This document shows, piece by piece, positions 56,465 through 64,000 of a stretch of 64,000 bases of DNA. Within the stretch, counting starts at the first letter, position 1. The number at the start of each line of letters is the position of its first letter. Under the pieces are notes generated by a model. It was not told the origin of the DNA. It did not search any database and saw only the letters and a list, made by a program, of their open reading frames with translations. Source of the stretch: an uncultured Gemmatimonadales bacterium (GTDB lineage: Bacteria; Gemmatimonadota; Gemmatimonadetes; Gemmatimonadales; GWC2-71-9); contig CAVZZO010000001.1 of the NCBI GenBank assembly GCA_963779755.1, forward strand, positions 1,760,001-1,824,000, in the 5' to 3' direction. The translations under genes were made by a program, and so were the position numbers.

Positions 56465-56887
56465 ATGGCATTCAGTACCCAGGGCGCCAAAGGCGCCCAG
56501 CACGACATCAACGTCACCCCGATGATCGACGTGTTGCTGGTGCTGCTGATCATCTTCATGATCACGCAGCCCCTCTCGCGCCAGACCATCCCGGTGCAGG
56601 TGCCGCCGCCGCCGCAGCCGACGCAGAACAAGTCGGCGCAATCCAACCAGATCGTGCTGGAGATGCCGGACAACGGGAGCTACGCCATCAACGGCACCCA
56701 GGTCCCCAAGTCCCAGCTGGAGACGCAGCTCCACGCGATCTTCGACCCCCGGCCGGCCAAACTACTGTTCGTCAAGCCGGGGCAGAACCGGGTCTACCAG
56801 GACGTCATCGACGCCATGGATGTGGCCCGGGCGGCGGGAATTCAGGTCATCGGCTTCACGCCCAAGGAAGCCGACCAGGCGGGGTGA
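56465..56887 (+). CDS. exbD: ExbD/TolR family protein (second copy)
   Basis: DINVTPMIDVLLVLLIIFM, YQDVIDAMD.AR.AG. Confidence 0.94.
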   Translation: MAFSTQGAKGAQHDINVTPMIDVLLVLLIIFMITQPLSRQTIPVQVPPPPQPTQNKSAQSNQIVLEMPDNGSYAINGTQVPKSQLETQLHAIFDPRPAKLLFVKPGQNRVYQDVIDAMDVARAAGIQVIGFTPKEADQAG

Positions 56888-56903
56888 GCGGGCGGAGGGC
56901 CGG

Positions 56904-57341
56904 GTGAAGGTGCGCCTCGGAGCAGGACCGGTTCGGCACGATCAATGGGCGCCGTTTCGCGTCGCTCCCATGGTCGACGCGACGCTGGTCCTGCTCTGTG
57001 TCTTTCTGGCGGCTCAGCCTTTCGCCCGGTCCGCCCCCGGTGCCGCCGCCCGGCCGCCCGGCGCCTCCGCGCCGGACCTGCAGCTCACCCTCGAGCTGCG
57101 CGCCGACGGCAGCGATGCCCTCAACCACCAGCCCGTGCCGCGGGCCCAGCTCCCGCTGCTGCTGGGCCGCCTCTACCGCAGCCACCCCGACCGCCCCCTC
57201 TTTCTCCAGATCGCTCCCGACCGGCGCTACGGCGACGTGCTGGACGTGCGCGCCCTTGCCCGCGCCGCCGGCATCCGCGTGGTGGCCGTGGTGCCGCCTC
57301 CCGCCTCTCGCCCACCCGGCCCCGCTGCGCCGCTAGATTAA
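56904..57341 (+). CDS. Divergent third ExbD/TolR-like protein
   Basis: APMVDATLVLLCVFL, LFLQ..PDRRYGDV......RAAGI; GTG at 56904 after GGAGGG. Confidence 0.75.
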   Translation: MKVRLGAGPVRHDQWAPFRVAPMVDATLVLLCVFLAAQPFARSAPGAAARPPGASAPDLQLTLELRADGSDALNHQPVPRAQLPLLLGRLYRSHPDRPLFLQIAPDRRYGDVLDVRALARAAGIRVVAVVPPPASRPPGPAAPLD

Positions 57342-57356
57342 CCGGAGCCGGCCTCC

Positions 57357-58196
57357 GTGTGGCTGCGCGCCGCCGGCACGTCACCCCGGTCAGGTGGCCG
57401 GCCACGTTCCTTTCAGCCCGAGGTTGTCGTTACGCGCCCTCCCGTCCCCCTCAGCCTGAAGCTCACGCGCCGTCGGAGCGGCCCGCTGGGGCTCATTGCC
57501 AGTGTGCTTGTGCACGTGGTGGTGATCGGGCTGCTGGTCTATCCCTTCATCCGCGCCGAACTCCAGACCACGGCGGGAACGCCGGGACTGCTCGGCACCG
57601 GCGGGAGCGCGGGCGGCGGTGGCGGTGGGCGACGGGTGGCATATATTTCCCTGCCTGCTTACGTCCCCCCGGCGCCGACGCCGGCCCAGCCGGATCCGGT
57701 GGTTCCGCCGCCCGAGCCGGTCCCGGTGAAACCGGCGCCCCCGCCCACCCCGGTGCCCGACACCGTGGCGACGGCGGATACCCAGGCCGTCACGCTGGCC
57801 TCGGCCGGCGATTCGGGCCAGGGCAACGGAACGGGCTCCGGGACGGGCGGCGGCAGTGGCGGGGGCTCCGGCGGCGGTATCGGGCCGGGGAACGGCCCCG
57901 GCAGCGGCGAGGGCACGGGAGGTGGCACCGGCCGGGCCACGGCGCCTCGCGGCAAGCAGCTCATCGTTCCCCCGATGGAGAAGGTCCCCAAGTCGCTTCG
58001 CGGCAGCACGGTGCAGGTGGTCTTCCACATCACCGCGCAGGGGGACGTGGCGCGCGTGGATGTCCGGCCGAGGATCGAGGACGGCGATTACGCCCGACGC
58101 TTCGAGGAAGCCATGCTGGGCTACAAGTTCTGGCCCGCACTCTCGCCCAGCGGCGACGCCATTCCCGGTACGGTGCTGTACCGGATCCAGCTCTGA
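57357..58196 (+). CDS. TonB-like protein with Pro- and Gly-rich linkers (start uncertain)
   Basis: ASVLVH TM, PEPVPVKP, GxG repeats, V.V.F.I...GDV..V, YKFWPA. Confidence 0.75.
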   Translation: MWLRAAGTSPRSGGRPRSFQPEVVVTRPPVPLSLKLTRRRSGPLGLIASVLVHVVVIGLLVYPFIRAELQTTAGTPGLLGTGGSAGGGGGGRRVAYISLPAYVPPAPTPAQPDPVVPPPEPVPVKPAPPPTPVPDTVATADTQAVTLASAGDSGQGNGTGSGTGGGSGGGSGGGIGPGNGPGSGEGTGGGTGRATAPRGKQLIVPPMEKVPKSLRGSTVQVVFHITAQGDVARVDVRPRIEDGDYARRFEEAMLGYKFWPALSPSGDAIPGTVLYRIQL

Positions 58197-58203
58197 GTGC
58201 CCT

Positions 58204-58223
58204 CCGCGCCCTTCGGGGCGCGG
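58204..58223 (+). terminator. GC hairpin with UUCG loop after the Ton cluster
   Basis: CCGCGCCC-TTCG-GGGCGCGG; no clear U tract. Confidence 0.45.
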
Positions 58224-58309
58224 GTCCTGTCGCGGCGGCTCCAGCCCCGCATTCCGTAGTCTGTTCCTCACGTCGTTCAGTCTTCTCCAGAGCCAGGAGT
58301 TTGAACCTT

Positions 58310-62382
<4,073 letters not shown>

Positions 62383-62400
62383 GGCGCTGAGGCCGCGGGG

Positions 62401-63996
62401 ATGACCCACGGCGGCCGAAGCGGGCCGGGACGCGCCGCCGCCGGGGACGGGGCCCGCTCCCCGGTGCCCGACCGTGCGGTCCCGGCGCTCGCCGTGGCCG
62501 CGGTCCTGGTGCACGTGCTGGTCAACGCGCTGTCGCCCTACGGGGCCCATCGGGACGAACTGCTCTATCTGGCCATGGGCCGGCATCTCCGGCTCTTCCG
62601 CATGGACTTCCCGCCGATGATCGCGCTGGTTGCGAACGCCGAGCGCCTGCTGGGCGACTCGCTCGTGGTCGTCCGGATTGTTCCCGCCCTGATCCATGGT
62701 CTGCTCATTCTGCTCGCCGCCCGGTTCGCCGCCCTGCTGGGTGGCGGCCGGTACGCCCGCCTGCTCGCCGGGGCCGCGGTGGCGCTGTCTCCCGTATTCC
62801 TGCGGTCCGGCGCCCTCTTCCAGCCGGTGGTGTTTGATCAGCTCTGGTGGACCCTGGGGCTGCTGCTGCTCCTGAACATCGGCCGGGCGGGCAGCGATGC
62901 CGGCGCGGCCCGGCGCGGGTGGATAGCGTATGGGGCCGTGTGCGGTCTCGGGCTGCTGACCAAGTTCAGCATCCTGATCTTCGGCTCCGCGTCCCTGGTC
63001 GCGATCCTGCTTACCCCGCTGCGCCGCTGGCTGGCGACCCCCTGGGCCTGGATCGCGGCCGGGATGGTCGTTCTGATCGGCGCGCCCAGCCTTGCCGGGC
63101 AGATCAGCCTGCACTTCCCGGTCATGGGCCAGATTCGCGACCTGAGCGCGGTACAGCTGGAACGGGTGGGGCCGGCGGACTTCCTCGCCGGCCAGCTTCT
63201 CATGGTCGGCCTGGGCGCAGTTCTCGCTCTGGCCGGCGTCATTCGGCTGCTGCGCGGCTCCGATGCCGGCGGACGCGCCGTGGCCTGGACCGCAATCACC
63301 TGCGTTCTCCTGCTCCTCGTGCTGCGGGGGAAGGCCTATTATGCGGCGCCGATCTATCCCGCCCTCTTCGGAGCCGGTGCCGCGGCCCTGTCCGCCTGGA
63401 GTGCCGGCCGGCACGGCGCCCGCCGGCTAGCCGTGCGCTCGGCGGCGGTCGTTCTGCTGGTGGGACCGGCTCTCTTAACCCTTCCGTTCGGCCTGCCCAT
63501 CCTGCCGCCGCCCCTGATGGCGCGCTACGCGGCAGGGCTCGGGGTTGCGGAAGGCACCCGCGCCAATTGGGGCGAAGTGCTCGAGCTCCCCCAGGATTAT
63601 GCCGACATGCTGCCGTGGGAGGGCCAGGCGGCGGCAGTGGGCCGGGCATATGCCGCGCTCTCCCCGGCGGACCGCGCCCAGGTGGTGATCGCGGCCAGCA
63701 ATTACGGCGAGGCGGGCGCTCTGGATTTCTACGGCCCGCGCTGGGGGCTGCCGCCGGCGATCGCGCCGGTGGGCAGCTACTGGTACTTCGGGCCGGGGGA
63801 TCGCCCCGGCAATGTGGTACTCAAGCTGGGTGGAGACCTGAAGGACATCGAGCCACTCTTCCGCTCCTGCGAGATCGCCGGGTACGCCGACTCGCGCTGG
63901 GCGGTGCCGGAGGAACGCCACGCCGCGGTGTTTCTCTGCCGGGGACCGTCCCAGCCGGTGCAGGCGCTCTGGAGCCGCTGGGAGGGGAACAACTGA
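62401..63996 (+). CDS. GT-C membrane glycosyltransferase (family 39/ArnT-like)
   Basis: HRDELLYL..G.HL...DFPP, GLGLLTKF, GKAYY, YADM..W, NYGEAGA. Confidence 0.85.
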   Translation: MTHGGRSGPGRAAAGDGARSPVPDRAVPALAVAAVLVHVLVNALSPYGAHRDELLYLAMGRHLRLFRMDFPPMIALVANAERLLGDSLVVVRIVPALIHGLLILLAARFAALLGGGRYARLLAGAAVALSPVFLRSGALFQPVVFDQLWWTLGLLLLLNIGRAGSDAGAARRGWIAYGAVCGLGLLTKFSILIFGSASLVAILLTPLRRWLATPWAWIAAGMVVLIGAPSLAGQISLHFPVMGQIRDLSAVQLERVGPADFLAGQLLMVGLGAVLALAGVIRLLRGSDAGGRAVAWTAITCVLLLLVLRGKAYYAAPIYPALFGAGAAALSAWSAGRHGARRLAVRSAAVVLLVGPALLTLPFGLPILPPPLMARYAAGLGVAEGTRANWGEVLELPQDYADMLPWEGQAAAVGRAYAALSPADRAQVVIAASNYGEAGALDFYGPRWGLPPAIAPVGSYWYFGPGDRPGNVVLKLGGDLKDIEPLFRSCEIAGYADSRWAVPEERHAAVFLCRGPSQPVQALWSRWEGNN

Positions 63997-64000
63997 GGCT

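Noticed and set aside
57820..57930. Gly-rich GGC repeats as a DNA repeat element
   Set aside because: Explained by the coding GxG linker of the TonB-like protein
56945..58309. 1298-aa fusion ORF extending hppA upstream; similar upstream extensions of pilT (8106), actD (15167) and the SDR (25250)
   Set aside because: The extensions overlap other real genes in different frames and are low-complexity Arg/Pro/Gly; internal starts fit the family N-termini

Overview
High-GC bacterial chromosomal segment with about 52 CDSs and one tRNA-Ala(TGC). I see no integrase, transposase, prophage or CRISPR array. Gene content and intergenic repeat style suggest Gemmatimonadota (inference, no search run). From left to right: glnA; a Zn-ribbon Ser/Thr kinase; dinB with a Mo/W-type ABC permease and ATPase; pilT and a SpoU/TrmJ-family methylase; an Alternative Complex III operon (actABCDEF); an ECF sigma/zinc anti-sigma pair with a Cys-rich gene; a lipid-anchored plastocyanin-like protein; a four-gene putative sphingolipid operon (spt, GNAT ceramide synthase-like, CerR-like reductase, Aur1/IPC-synthase-like PAP2); an M6 protease with a lipoprotein; iorAB-like genes; sodA; two (alpha/alpha)6 glycoside hydrolases, a hybrid kinase and a sugar ABC transporter; two-component genes; a 3xTonB/ExbB/3xExbD cluster; a membrane pyrophosphatase; an APC permease; and a GT-C glycosyltransferase. 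Most notable: (1) the overlapping sphingolipid operon with a head-group transferase candidate; (2) matching 18-bp Rex/CRP-type operators upstream of ACIII and the cupredoxin, suggesting a co-regulated respiratory module; (3) a kinase with a YhhQ/Vut_1-like membrane input domain; (4) long palindromes built from short tandem repeats at gene junctions. All family calls come from motif recognition by eye.
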